This document shows positions 1 through 13,880 of a stretch of DNA of 64,000 bases, piece after piece (positions within the stretch are counted from its first letter, which is position 1; each line of letters starts with the position of its first letter). The stretch comes from the human T2T-CHM13v2.0 reference genome, Homo sapiens. The notes below the pieces were generated by a model. It did not search any database and was not told where the DNA came from. It saw nothing but the letters and a program-made list of their open reading frames with translations. The DNA lies in NCBI RefSeq assembly GCF_009914755.1, contig NC_060929.1; one strand, given 5' to 3'. The position numbers and the translations under genes were made by a program.

Positions 1-164
1 CTGAATTTTCTCTGGAAGTGTATTCAAGGTCTTGAGCAATCCATCTTGTTGTTATCAGATTAGCAATGAAACAAAAGGAAACAAATATGCAAGAAAAATA
101 TTAAGGATCTGTTCTATGAGAGTCAAGTCAGGGTTCACGAAGCCACTACGATCACACTCTAGAG

Positions 165-388
165 CAAGCTTGTCCAACGTGCAGCCCGTGGGCCATACGC
201 GGTCCCGAACAACTTTGAATGCTGCTCAACACAAATTTGTTAACCTTCTTTCAACATTATGAGATTTGGAGGGGGATTTTTTTTCAACTCATCAGCTATC
301 ATTAGTGTTAGTGTATTTTATATGTGGCTCAAGACAATTATTCTTCTTCCAATGTTGCCCAGGAAAGCCAAAAGATTGGACACCCCTA
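165..388 (-). mobile_element. MER30 (hAT-Charlie DNA transposon)
   Basis: Ends CAAGCTTGTCCAAC...AAAGATTGGACACCCCT. Reverse complement of the copy at 42520-42763. Flanked by CTCTAGAG / CCTAGAG, a hAT-type target duplication. Confidence 0.9.
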
Positions 389-1104
389 CCTAGAGACATA
401 AGATAAGAGACCTGGGAAATATGAAAGCATTGGTGGATGGGAGACTTCCTGGAGACTTACTTGAGGAAAAGCTATTGGCTGATCAAGAAGCTGCAATTCA
501 CAAAGAAACTGCAACATGCATTTGTTTTCATGCAGCTGGACACGATGGGAATGACTGCTTAAGTAACTGAGACATTTCACAAAGGGGACAGTTTCACCCT
601 AAGGGAAATCTTTTAGATTGTGTTATTGCCAATACTAAGACATTCCAAATAGAATAATTCTAGGATCCCAGAGGATTCCAATTTTGTTTGAGGATTCCTG
701 TTAAAATTCCAGCCCCAGGACACTCCTGAGGCCTTCCTGGGTTAAGATAATGGATGTCTATTCCAAGAGTCTCCTCTTTATCGGGGGATGATTCTTACTA
801 ACTTCTGCCACTCTGTAATATCCCCATCCCATTATTAAGTTGGCATATATTTCCTCAGCTTATACTGATTTGCAACTGGGCCTATAACCCTCAGAACGCT
901 TGGGAGTCTCCGAGCCCCCAATTCTCTTACTGTTTTGTCTGGCTTTGTTCTGTTTGCTTCCACTATTTGTAATAACTTGTATTATTAGAGCGCTTTTGAG
1001 TTTACAATGCTTTCAAATACATTATCTCATCTGGCCTAAGGATTTGGCACTGTTGCTAGGCATAAGCAACCATCTGGGGATCTCTGATTTACAAGTCTAT
1101 CATT

Positions 1105-1165
1105 AACTCATCAACAAACAGTCACCGAGCAGCTACTGTAGGTCAACCACTACACTGGGTTTGGT
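1105..1165 (-). mobile_element. L2 3'-end fragment
   Basis: ACTCATCAACAAACAGTCACCGAGCAGCTACTGTAGG resembles the L2 tail (ATTCAACAAACATTTATTGAGCACCTACTATGTG). Confidence 0.45.
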
Positions 1166-1398
1166 GTGACCTGTGGAAAGTTGGAGAAGAAAAAACAAAA
1201 ACAAAAATGGTATTATGATAATATTAGCTTCAACAAATTTTAAATTAAAGAACCAAAACAAACAGCTATGAACATTCAAGTTTCAAAAAATACTAGTGTT
1301 GTCTGAAATTTCACCCCATCTTCTGTCATTTCTCTACACAGAAACTACATAGCTTTCTCATAATACCTACTCATTTGGCGGCAGTCAAATGTAAATCA

Positions 1399-1707
<309 letters not shown>

Positions 1708-1713
1708 TCAATC

Positions 1714-1770
1714 TTTTTTTTTTAATATATATACTTTTATTATACTTTTAGTTCTAGGGTACATGTGCAG
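1714..1770 (-). mobile_element. Very short L1PA 3'-terminal fragment
   Basis: Poly-T followed by TTATTATACTTTTAGTTCTAGGGTACATGTGCAG, the reverse complement of the L1PA 3' end. Confidence 0.8.
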
Positions 1771-2906
1771 TTTAAATGAAATCTAGATCTCCTAAATTGT
1801 ACTCACTAAGAAAAGGAATCCATAGATCATTTGACCATAATACTCACTTTAATAACAGTTCTTCAGGAAAAATGATAAATATGAAATGTATGGATTGAGT
1901 ATAACTTGGGCTCACCAGCTTCAGAAATGTAAAAATGTCGACATGTGCCTTAGAATTAAATGCAGACCACATACACCTAATCTTCCAGTTCCTCAGGAAG
2001 GATGCCCTACATGGCTTCAAAGAACACTTTGAGATACTAAAAATTAACATTATTAAGAGTCATTTAGAAATGTTAAATTATAAATCGTCAAAATTCTAAA
2101 TATTTCTATTAGAAACAACATTCGTTGTTTAATTAGGAGTTTTAAGCTGGATATTCTGTGAAATTTTTAGTTTGGGGCACCCATATAGCCCAGAACAGCA
2201 GTAATTTTTCATTCTGAACACAAGGTTATTGACAAGTCTTCAGACAAGTTTGACTTCAAAATCATATAAGATCTTTTAGCCAATTAATTTTCACTATAAA
2301 ATTCATGAGGAGCTTGTCCAACACTAGTATTTATACCAATAGTTACAAGTCAAAAAGAAATAACTTCTCTAGCATTTTCTTCCAGAAGCCAACTAAAATG
2401 CAGGACTCCACCTTTAGACTATTTCAACCTCTATTATATTAAACTACTTGACTAAGAGTATTTAACCCACAGTTTTCATAAATTGCCAACAAATAAAAAG
2501 AAAACAACAAAAACAAACGTCAAGGAACAATGTCAGGTGATATTAGAAAATATCCCAGGAAGTAGCAACTAAAATAGAGTCTGGTAGTTAATTTTCAGCT
2601 GCTCAGAGTATATTGGTTACTTATAAGAACTAATTTGTAACCACTATTGAAGTGTGCTTTTTATGCTAATGAGGGAAATTATGTTTTTGCTGTGAACTTG
2701 GATCACTTGCATGGGAAAATACACTTACTTCCATCTCAAATTAATGGCAGTTTCTCATTCATCCTGGGTTCCTCATCAAAGTGGGTTTCCTGAATTGGAG
2801 ATAATGCCTCTAGTAGAGTTCATTCTTGTGGATGCTCTACTTAGGAGAGTTGTAAATCCAGGCAGGTATTTTAACTCTGAGAACATTTCAAATGGGCTTC
2901 CTACTG

Positions 2907-4082
2907 GTACCTACACCCATACCTATCCCTATCCTATATGTAATTGTATACCTACACCTATTCTTATATCTACACCTATACCTATATCTCTACCTATACT
3001 ACACCTGTATCTATAACTATATTTATATTTACACCTACACTTATCCCAAATACACCTGTATCTACACGTATACCTACACTTATAATGATATCTACACATA
3101 CTCCTACACCTATACCTATACCTATACCCACACCTATACCTCCAACGACACTTTTGTCTATACCTATACCTACACCTATACCTATACCTATACCCACACC
3201 TATACCTCCAACGACACTTTTGTCTATACCTATACCTACACCTGTACATATACCTCCAACTATGTTTATGTCTATATCTATACCTACACCTATACATCTA
3301 CCTCCAACTATCCTATGTCTATACCTATACTTACACCTATATATATACCTCTATCTATACCTACACTATACGTAAACCCATTTCTATACCTATACCTGCA
3401 CCAATATGTATACATACGCCTACACCTGTACATATGCCTATGCGTGTGTCTCTGCCTAAGCCTATCTATACCTATGTGTACTCCTACACCTTTCCCTATG
3501 TCTATACTTACATCAACACCTATACCTACACCTATGCTATACCTATATGGATCCTGTACCTACTCCTAGACCTATACTTATACCTACATCTAGACCTATA
3601 CCTACACCTACCATGACACTTCTACCTATTCCTGTACCTATATCTATACCAACACTGACACTTATATGTATACCTACTATGTCTGTACCTCCAAGTATAC
3701 ATATATTTATACCTACACGTGTACTTAAATGTACACCAATATCTATACCTACACTTATCCTACTTATTTTTATACTTTTACCTATACCTACACCTATGCT
3801 TATACGTATACCTACACCTATACTTATACCAATCCTATACCTACTTTTGTACCTATACCTACACCTACACCTATATCTACACATGCACCTATACCTAAAC
3901 CTGTACCTACAGGCATGCCCATGCCTGTGTCTCTGCCTAAGCTTGTGTATGCCTATGTGTACTCCCACATCTGTACCTATACTTACACCTACACCAATAC
4001 CTGTATCTATAGGCGTGCCTGTGCCTGTGTTTATGCCTAAGCCTGTCTACGCCTCTGCCTACTCCTGCACCTATACCTATAA
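2907..4082. repeat. Degenerate (TACCTA/TACACC)n hexamer repeat, ~1.2 kb
   Basis: Continuous TATACC/TACACC-type units, G-poor on the + strand. Gives YT/PI/RY dipeptide ORFs in several frames. Confidence 0.95.
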
Positions 4083-4087
4083 CTGTA

Positions 4088-4170
4088 TTTCTCTCAAAGG
4101 GTTGTTTTGAGGATTGAAAGGCGATTTCAGGTATATGATATCTAATACCTCGTAGTCATTGCCTGAATGT
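4088..4170 (+). mobile_element. MIR fragment (3' part; 5' part ends near 2912)
   Basis: CTCAAAGGGTTGTTTTGAGGATTGAA matches the MIR core CTCATAGGGTTGTTGTGAGGATTAAA. Confidence 0.6.
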
Positions 4171-4764
4171 TGGCCCCAAAATGATTTCCTTGATAGACTT
4201 AAAATTGATGGATTTCAATCTCTGGTAAGTGGTCATTGCTGGACTTTGTGAAGAATGGGCCATCCAAATGAAGTCTGCAGTGGCTGCCAGTGGCCACAAA
4301 ACATCCAAGTTCTTGAAAACATCCATTTAAATCAGCTTTGATTTACTTAAGTGAATAATGTGAATCTGCAATAGAATATTCTTGTTTACTTTTTTACTTG
4401 GCATTGAGTGGCCTGGCCTCACCCTTATCAGGAACAGGCACCATTCCCCCTCCCAGCCCATGGGTCAGCTTTAGTGGCCAGAGTGAAAAGCAACAAATTG
4501 CTATGAAAAAGTCATATAGCCAGAGGCCTGGAGTTCAAAAGGGGCATTTCAACCATGGGCAGCTGGAGAACCCCAACAAGATTGCAAGCAGGGTCAGAGT
4601 CCCAGCACCTGGGCACAGGAAGGAGTTGAAGAGAGGTTCCTAGATGTGGAAGAAGTCACAGTCACTGAGAGCAGGCCCATGGATGTGTCCCTTGGGTGGA
4701 CAGTGAATATGCTGCAGAAATTACAGCAGTCAAACCTTCCCAGGAGCTTGCATATCCACAGAGA

Positions 4765-5100
4765 CTTTTCCAACAACTACTGCATGCTGAGCCTGGGGTG
4801 GGATTCTGAAGATACAAAGATAAGTAGAAAATCGTCCAGCCTCTGAACACTTCACCTCCTGCATGGAGAAATATAGAATGTCCCTGTAATATCAGCTGTA
4901 GGAGAAGGCCAGAGAAATCTTCTTCCTTAACACCCAGAGATATTGCTTCATCTCAGGGTTGGGGAGATAAATTCACAGAAGAAGTGACATTTGAATCAGA
5001 GCCTGAGATGAGGAAGACTTTCTACAGAGGCAGGTGAACAACACTCCTGGAGAGGCACAGCAGAGGCAAAGGTGTGAGGGGCAGGGCTGCAGGCACAGGA
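4765..5100 (-). mobile_element. L2 fragment
   Basis: L2-like motifs TTCACAGAAGAAGTGACATTTGAA and CAGCAGAGGCAAAGG. Confidence 0.55.
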
Positions 5101-5149
5101 CACTGACCACTGATGGAGAAGACGGGAAGGTTAGCTTAAAAGTAACAAC

Positions 5150-5476
<327 letters not shown>

Positions 5477-7447
5477 TTAGACTACCCTAAATCTAACCCC
5501 TCCCAGTATTGACACACATTAGTAAATGTGCATCATTTCTAATGAATTTCACTTTTATGTGTTCTGAGGTTTACTGAAATGAAGTTACTTTCACAGCTGC
5601 ATTGTGCAGAGAACCTCAGAATTGCTTATTTAATTGCTCACGATTGCCCATTTAAAATAAAGCAAAGGTATAGTCAAAAATTCTCAGAAATAAAGAAAAA
5701 AGCTGCATATAACAAAACATATAAGATTAACAAAGTGCAAGAGGATGTTTGAGAACTTCTCCTGCTCTGTGCTATAAGGAGATTCTCCTGAGTCTGTCTA
5801 ATAATGCATCAACAATAAGAGTTACTTCCTTTACAAAATATCTTATTTCTGTGCTCAGGTCCCCAGGAACTCCAGTTGTTTCCCCATTGTGTACCCTTTG
5901 CATAAATGGATCTATTAAAATGTGCTCAATTCTGCTGCTTTCTATTGTTTTACGCATTTGCTCAAATGAGGTTTGAATGAAGAGCACATTTTCTGATCTT
6001 TATTAAGGATGTTTCCATCTTCTTACATTTCCTTGGCTTAGGCCCATTCCACACCACTATGTTTGGTTTAGGATTTAGTTATGCTCCCTCAGTACCAATA
6101 AATCCGTGCAAAAGATATGCATCTAATTGGACTCTTCTTTGGGATGTTTCCTTGACATTTTAAGAGAGTACAGCTTTCATCCCCAATAGTGAACAAGCTC
6201 TCAAAAGCACTGAAGCACATTTCCCTTTGCAGAACAGCAAAGGCCCAATTTTCCTTCCGCCTTCAGCTCTACAGGCAGAATAAAGAGTGTGAAGAGCCAA
6301 GGGGTGGAAATATGATCTGTGGCACTCCTCACACAAGCACTCACACCCCTCACCACAGCTTTGGATATCTCACCCTGTGCCCTCAACCCTGGTGTCTGAG
6401 AGCCACTATTTTCCTCTTGTCCTTCTGAAAATGAGGTGCTCACTGTTGTTTTCTTTGAATGCTTCTCTGTGAGGTTTAAAGATCAGTTGCACCAGGATGT
6501 GTGGACTGTCATCCACACCATTGAAACTAGAAACGCAAACAAGAAATGCACATCTTAGGAGTAACATACAAAGTGATAAGTAGATTAATGAATGGATGTA
6601 TGGATGACTGAATGATTCAGTCAAGTGACTGCAAAGACTTGGGCCCAGGCCACACTTTGAAATTCTAAGCAGATGAGAACACCAACAAATCATTCAGCTA
6701 TTTGTTCTGGCTAATCATTTCCCCTGCTGAAAAAGGGTAAACACAGACTGGGAATTCTGATGTGGTTTGCAAGTTTATTCCTCAGAGGTAAAATGTGGGA
6801 TGATGACTATTTTATTATCTCTAATTACTACATTATACCATGTTTAATAAAACAGAGTGTTATCACTTCATGCTTTTCAAAATGTTTCACAACTGTTATC
6901 TCAAGCTATTAAAAAAAAAGAGAGGAGAATGAGTTCTGTGACTTCTTCAATTAATCTTCAATTTTTCATGTGTTATATTTTTCTTTATTGTATATTTCTG
7001 TTTTATCCCAAAAAGTCAGTGTTCCTTTCTTGTGGAAGCAATTAAAAAAATCACCAATTACAATATAAAGTTCCTTTGTTAATTGTCCATAGACATTTTC
7101 ATCAGGTTTTCAGAACTCATGCTATCCTAATTCAGAAGCTGGACACGGGACAAGCATTACTTCAGCATCCAGAGCACTGCCATAGGAAACAAATAGAAGC
7201 AAAGGGGAAAAGCCATAGTGAAACCAAAGTCTCCTCATTAAAACATGACAGAGAGCTCGTTATACCCAACCAGCTTTTACTGCAGTGGCAGCAACAAATG
7301 TGAATGGAAAACACCCCAGACAAGAAGCTGTGTTGCTGGATGGTCTCTGGAAAGAGTTAGGCATTGATTAAAGAACCCACAGGAGCAGGCTAGGAACTAG
7401 TCTCAGACATCTTTCCTCTCCTCCAAGTCAGACCCTCTTCTGAGCAG

Positions 7448-7449
<2 letters not shown>

Positions 7450-7494
<45 letters not shown>
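7450..7494. repeat. (TG)22 microsatellite
   Basis: Perfect dinucleotide run. Confidence 0.98.
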
Positions 7495-7497
<3 letters not shown>

Positions 7498-8015
7498 GTA
7501 AGAACCTTGAGCACTCGGCCACCTTCCAACCATGGGAGGAGGAAAACTTAAGTTGAAAGGATCTGGAAGATCATCTGGTGAAATCCTCTCCCATCTTGTG
7601 CATGAGTCACACTACAGTGTCCGACACAGGGCACTTCAGCCTTGGCTTGAATCTACCTCATGATGAGTGGCTCATCACCTGAAGGGGTGGTTTGTAGGTG
7701 CACAATTCTTATAGCAAAGTCGTGACCTGATTCTATTGAAGTGCACCTACTTGTCCCCATCATAGACTTGTTCAAGTCCTATCCGTGGAGGTCACCTGTA
7801 TCCAGGGCTCCTCCTAGGGGGCCTCCAGTCCATCCTCACGTCCTCCACTGGGTGCTTTCTCTGTGGGCATGCAGAAGACAGAAGTCACCGTGCTCAAGAT
7901 GTGAGCAGCCAGCCCTGCTCAGCACTGACAGACACTGTCCCATACCCTACTAACCCACTAACGCTTCCATAAATGCACTCTCAGGTTTCTTGAGCTTTAG
8001 TCTAGAAAAAGTATG

Positions 8016-8432
8016 TGATACAGTTTGGGTATTTGTCCCCAGCCAAATCTCAGGTTGAACTGTAATCCTCAAGCTGGAGGTGGGGCCTGGTGGGAGGTGA
8101 TTGGATCTTGAGAGTGGATCCCTCAAGGCTTGGTGCTGTCTTCATGAGAGTGAGTGAGTTCTTATGAGATCCGGTTATTCAAAAGTTTTGTGGCACCGCC
8201 CCCCGCCAATCTGTCTCCTGTTCCTGTTTTTGCCATGTGACATGCTGCTTCACTTTTGCCTTCCACCACGATTCTAAGCTTTCTGAGGCATCCCTAGAAG
8301 CTGAGCAGATGCCAGCATGGGGCTTCCTGTAAAGCAAATTGTGCAAAACTGTGAGCCAATTAAACCCTTTTTCTTTATAAATTACCCAGTTTCAGGTATT
8401 TCTTTATAGCAAGGCAGGAATGGCCTAATACA
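8016..8432 (+). mobile_element. MSTA/MSTB solo LTR (ERVL-MaLR)
   Basis: TGATACAGTTTGG...GGCCTAATACA. Exact 5-bp TSD GTATG at 8011-8015 and 8433-8437. Confidence 0.92.
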
Positions 8433-8629
8433 GTATGGAACTCTGATTGCTGGCAATTGTGTGAACAACTATGCATAAATACCTAGAAACTCCTAACTTT
8501 ACATGACCCACTTAAATTGAATCCTGTGTATTTGGTTGCAGTTCTCTTCTTTTTTCATTCATTCTGAAGGTCAGTTCTGTCATCTTCTATATCAGCTATC
8601 CCTTTGAGTTTGTGTCATGTGCAAATCTT

Positions 8630-9858
8630 TTTAATTTTTAATTGTAACTTTTATTTTAAATTCAAGGGTACATGTGCAGGTTTGTTATATATGTAAACAG
8701 CATGTCGCAGGGGTTTGGTGTACAGATTATTTTAACACTCGGGTTATAAGTATAATACTCAAAAGGTATTTTTCCTTATCCTCTCCATCCTCTTAACCTC
8801 CAGTAGGCCTGGTGTCTGTTGTTCCCCACTTTCTGTCCATTTGTTCTCCTTGTTTAGCTCCCACTTATAAGTGAGAATATGAAGTATTTGCTTTTCTCTT
8901 CCTGCATTAGTTTGCTTGGGATAATGGTCTCTACCTTCATCCACGTTTTTGCAAAGACATGACCTCATACTTTTTTATGGCTCTGTAGTTTCCATAGTGT
9001 ATAAGTACCACATTTTGTTTATACCATCTGTTGTTGATGGGCATTTAGGTTGAGTCCATGTCTTTGCTATTGTAAATAATGCTGCAATGAACACATGCAT
9101 GCATGTGTCTTTATGGTAGAGTAATTTATATTCTTTTGGACATATACCAAATAATGCAATTGCTGGGTCAGATGGTAACTCTGTTTCAAGTTCTTTGAGG
9201 AATCACGACACAGACTTCCACCATGGCTAAACTAATTTAGTTTCACCAGCAATGTACATGTGTTCTCTTTTCTCCACAATCTCATCAGCGTGTCTTATTT
9301 TTTGACTTTTTATAATAGTCATTCTGACTGGTGTGAGATGGCATTTCATTGTAGTTTTGATTTGCATTTCTCTAATAACGAGTAATGCTGAGCATTTTTT
9401 CATATGCTTGTTGGATGCATGCATATCTTCTTTTGAAAATTATCTGTTCATGTCCTTTGCCCACCTTTTAATGGGGTTGTTTGTTTGTTTCTTGTAAATT
9501 TGTTTAAGTTCCTTATAGATTCTGGATATCAGACCTTACTCAGATGCAAAGTTTGCAAACATTCTCTCCCATTCTGTAGGTTTTCTGTTTACTCTATTGA
9601 TAGTTTCTGTTGCTGTGCAGAAGCTCTTTAGTTGAATTAGGGTCTGATTTGTCAAATTTTGTTTTCATTGCAATTGCTTTTGGAGTCTTCATCATAAAAG
9701 TTTTGCCAGGTCCTATGTCCAGAATGGTATTTCTCCTAGGTTATCTTCCAGGGTTTTTATAGTTTTAGGTTTTACACTTAACTCTTTAATCCATCTTAAG
9801 TTGATTTTTGCATGTGGTGGAAGGAAGGGGTCCAGTATCAATCTTCTGCGTATGGCCG
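8630..9858 (-). mobile_element. 5'-truncated L1 (L1PA13-16/L1PB-type): 3'UTR and ORF2 C-terminus
   Basis: ORF2-like peptides (REMQIKTTM.., [18 protein letters not shown]). 14-bp TSD CATGTGCAAATCTT / CATGTGCAGATCTT at 8616-8629 and 9859-9872. Confidence 0.92.
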
Positions 9859-12003
9859 CATGTGCAGATCTTATAGGCATGTTTTTTATGCCTTCATCCA
9901 AACCACTGAATGGAAGTTAACACATGATAAAGAACAAGACCTAACAGCATGCCATTAAGGGTTTCCTCTTGATTGACCCCAATTAATTAGTAACAGTCTT
10001 TGAACAGATTGTTAAGGCAGCTCAGATCTGTTGAACTGTGGCTCCATCTAGTACACAGGAATATCAAAAGGACAGCTACCTGCCCGGTGAAGTGGGAAGC
10101 CGGAAGTTCACCAGGCTGTTTGATACACCAATCGAGAATGCTCCTTAAATCCAAGGATCCTTCTTCATTAATCTTTATGTAACTAGCACCCAGCAAAGGA
10201 AGTTGACTAAATACAAAGTGAAAACATGTTGCTTGTTGTCAAACTAACTGGGCTGGACCTGGAGATCACTGCTCCTTTTCAATTGCTCATCTGCCTGTTA
10301 ATAATTCCTTCTGAATTGTTGTCAGTGATCAATGTTGAACTGACTGGCCCAGCATTTCTGGAATTCATCCTTTTGCCAATTTTGAAATTGGAAAAATATT
10401 AGCCTTTTCCACTCATCTGACCCCTCTCTCACAATTCAACATTTTCTCATGGAAAAATAACTCCTCTTTCCTATCTGCAAATACTCGAAGGCCCTATGTT
10501 GTGACTTTGGTGGGCCTGAAGCGTTGAAGCTTCCTGGAACATCTGATCTCTTTCTTGCTGTCCCCACCCTGGAGCAGAGCAGAGCACTCTTACTGACACG
10601 TCTCTGCTGTCAGCCTGAATGTTGTCTTCTGGTTGAAGATGATGGGAACACAATGGTCATCTAGAGGTGCTGCCCTCACTCCGTCCTCTCTGAGTATAAT
10701 AAATTTTCCCAAGTGTAGGCCTGTCTTTTTCTTTCTGTACTTGCTTTGCATGTATCAAGTAGTTCCATCTGATGGCTGATAATAAAGTGGTGGATTTCTC
10801 AGAAATTGAAAAGTGGAAAGAAGCTTAGGGTGTTGCCTTCCTCACTTTAATTTTCTGGAGAACAAAAGTAAAGTAATAAGTACTAAAGCATTCAGTGGTA
10901 TGGTCTGTCAGTAATTTGTAAAAAAATAATAGAAACTGAAACACACAGATGATGAGTACATAAATCACATGTTCAAAATTTGAACTTATAAAAGAATCTA
11001 GCAGAAATTAAATGCAAAATTTGTGAGTGTTAAATGTTCTGTTTGTTATCATGGATTTTGTTAACTATAGAAAATAACCAACTGATTTAAATATTAATTA
11101 CAATGATCATTATTAATTGAACTATAAGTAATAGTTATTTGAAAGTTTTGCTAAATGCTATAAAAGAAAAATGTCAAAATACACAAGAAAAACAATATGT
11201 GCATGTTATTTCTGTCTGTGGACATGCATCTCTCAGAGGGACCAAAGCTGGAATCATTCTCTGTGCCAGCTATTTTTCCAAGATCCTGACTTATTTCGAA
11301 TATCTTTTGATAATTGGTTCCTATTCTTCTGGCAAGCCACCTGTAAGCTAAGGCAGAAGCTAAGAAGGAGTAAAATGGGTGGAGTTGATATGTTTTTAGC
11401 ATTACTTCACAATACTGTAATGCAAGCTCTTAGCTCCTGAGTCTGCGCATATTTTCGCAGGGTGTGTGGTTGATTTATTAAGGCTATTCAGGTCAAGCAA
11501 TATGAGTTTTCATTTCATTTAAAATTTAAAAAGATATTTCTTCAGAGAAATATTGAATTTGGGATATTTATCTATGATTTAAAACAATAATATAAGTCAA
11601 TTTAAAGTCAGCAATTCTAGTGTAAGACTTATTTGGTTAAGAGAAGTATTGGTGCCTGTAAGTGAATACTCATTTTGCCTCTATTATATCACCGTAATTT
11701 AATTGAACCCAAATAAAGCTAAACCCAAGGCATGTATTTTATTTTGCCTCAAAATTTGAAATTTAATTATATAAAAAAGAATTGGCCTTTTTTTTTAATG
11801 CCTTGGTGCTCCTCTATACCTATGCTATGTGTTAAGGTTGGGCTATGAGGAAATTCTGTTGGAGAGAATCAGCATGGTACCGTGCCGTGGCAGCTGCTGG
11901 ATGGTAGTGTGGACAGTCCTCACCAGGCCTTGCTGCTGATGCTATCCAAATCCAGTGTGTGTGTCTGTGTGCAGGGGGCAGGCGGGGGGGTGGTGGTCTA
12001 GGT

Positions 12004-12169
12004 CACTGCTCTTCCATGTGTAATCCCAGACCAGTGACATCAGCATCACCTGGAAACTGGAAGACACCCTGGGATTCCTGAGTCAGAAACTCTAGCAACA
12101 GAACGCAGCAATCTTGTCTGAAGAATCCCTCCAGGTCATTCTACCTATGCTAAAGTTCAGAAACCACTG
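12004..12169. mobile_element. MER5A-type DNA transposon
   Basis: CAGCATCACCTGG..AGTCAGAAACTCT..CCCTCCAGGTCATTCT..CTAAAGTTCAGAAACCACTG. TSD GTCTAGGT / ATCTAGGT. Confidence 0.8.
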
Positions 12170-13669
12170 ATCTAGGTCACACTCCCTAGAGACTGAACAA
12201 TTTTGCTGGAAGCTGCTTAATTCAAGATCAACACAGGACACATGCCTGTGAAGCACTGGAAGAAAAATAGAAATGGTGGAATCTGGTTTTTATATATGCC
12301 AAAGATAGGACCAAGTCCAACAGCTTCAAGACTCCTTCAAGGCCAGAAAATAACATCTTACAAATCACAGTTCTGGGTAGGAAAGAACTAAGCACAGCAC
12401 TGGAGAGGTGATGATGTCCTTCAGCAGTTTATGGTCTTTGGGGATCCTCTAGTACAAACAGCTTCAGGTGTTTTTCAAGGTTATCTGTGTTATTAAGAGT
12501 CTGTTAAATAAGCTAAGTGTTTTATTTTACGTATTCCTATTGGTGAATCAAGACTTTTTTTGAGGTTATCTAAATTATCATCAAAGTCTGCTAATCTTCA
12601 AACAGAGTATTTTATTTATCCCTCATTTTCAAGTCATTGATTAACAACTAGCTATAACTAACATTGCTTCCAAATGCTTGAAATTAGTGAGTCCACAGAA
12701 GGGCAGTGTAACCAGAAAGAGGACTCCAGTCAGGCGCACGTTGGCTCAAGAACAGTGAGACAATGCGTCAGGAAACCAGAAATGCAGCCCTTGTTGTGTG
12801 CTCACCTCTCCCATGCCTGTATTCAGACTCACGCAGAAGTTTCCTACGGTCATTTTGCATGTCCACAGACAAAAAGGACAAGTAAAGGCAGACATGTCTA
12901 TTTAAACATTTAGCAGTTTTAACAGTCATTTAAAACATATACCAAGTCACACATGGCCACTTTAGCTGATGGCTGCTCTATGTGCCGGAGAGTTTATCCA
13001 TACAGGCTTCAAGACACAATCTCCCTTCTACCATCAAGAGTTTATTAGTGATACTTTGTAATATAACACTAAAGACTACTCAAAGAGACTCATGCACTCC
13101 CTTCCACGTGCCTGAGAGTTTGAGAAATAGACGTGCCGTGAGTGAATGAAAAGTCAATGCTGGAAAGACTCAGAACATGCACAGGCCACCTTCACGATTT
13201 TGTCCAAAATAACCATCCTGGTTCAAAGCAGATGGTGACTGACAAACAGTTTTTACTAGAGGATCCCCCGAGACCATAAACTGCTGAAAGACATCGTCAC
13301 CCCTCAGTGCTGTGCTTAGTTCTTTCCTACCCAGAACTACAATTTGTAAGATGTTATTTTCTGGCCTTGAAGGAATATTGAAGCTTTTGGACTTGGTCCT
13401 ATCTTTGGTTTATAAAAAACCAGATTCCAGGATTTCTATTTTTCTTACAGTGTTTCACATGCATATGTTCTGCGTTGACCTTGAATTAAGCCGCTTCCAG
13501 TTGCACTTAAGTTGCTTGCCAGTTCACGATCTGTATTTCAGCTTCTTTCAGAAAAGGTTACTGAGAGCCAAGAAGAAAGTGGTATTAACATTAATGCTGT
13601 GGTTCCAGCATCAACAACAGCAAAATCCCTCATGTTCCCCCAGCAGCCCCAGCAGGGGGATCTCCTGCA

Positions 13670-13880
13670 AATGCTCCCACAGTGCCCTGTACTGCTTGTC
13701 CACCACATTTGTGATACTGTCGTTGAGTACCTGTGTTTCAACCCGCCTTTTCCACCAGAATGCAAGTTTCAGAAAGGCAAACAGCACATATTTTATATTC
13801 TGCACTCTATTTTTCACATCCAGTAGCACATCAAGCCTAGCATATTGTAGGTACTAAATACATTTTTGTATAATTACTAA
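13670..13880 (+). mobile_element. L2 3' end
   Basis: CCACCAGAATGCAAGTTTCAG..GCCTAGCATATTGTAGGTACTAAATACATTTTTG resembles the L2 tail. Confidence 0.6.

Larger units (their letters stand above)
7550..10450 (-). mobile_element. L3/CR1 LINE relic, split by an MST LTR and an L1
   Basis: CR1-like motifs GATCATCTGG..CAGCCTTGGCTTGAAT at ~7570-7660. The sequence rejoins as TTTGTGTCATGTGCAAAT|CTTATAGGCATG..ATGCCTTCATCCAA across the L1. GATCAATGTTGAACTGACTGG at ~10330. Confidence 0.65.

Noticed and set aside
2711-4110. Many 100-225 aa ORFs on both strands
   Set aside because: They are dipeptide repeats (YT, PI, RY, GI) produced by the stop-poor hexamer repeat. No splice or codon evidence.
5772-5987. 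71-aa ORF with protein-like composition
   Set aside because: No family motif that I recognise and no convincing splice sites. The length is expected by chance.
11971-11996. G-rich run, possible G-quadruplex
   Set aside because: Only two long G tracts plus GG pairs. A weak, isolated motif.
13312-13857. 181-aa ORF with a short Q run
   Set aside because: Non-ATG start, L/S/F/C-rich non-coding composition, and the 3' part lies in an L2 relic.
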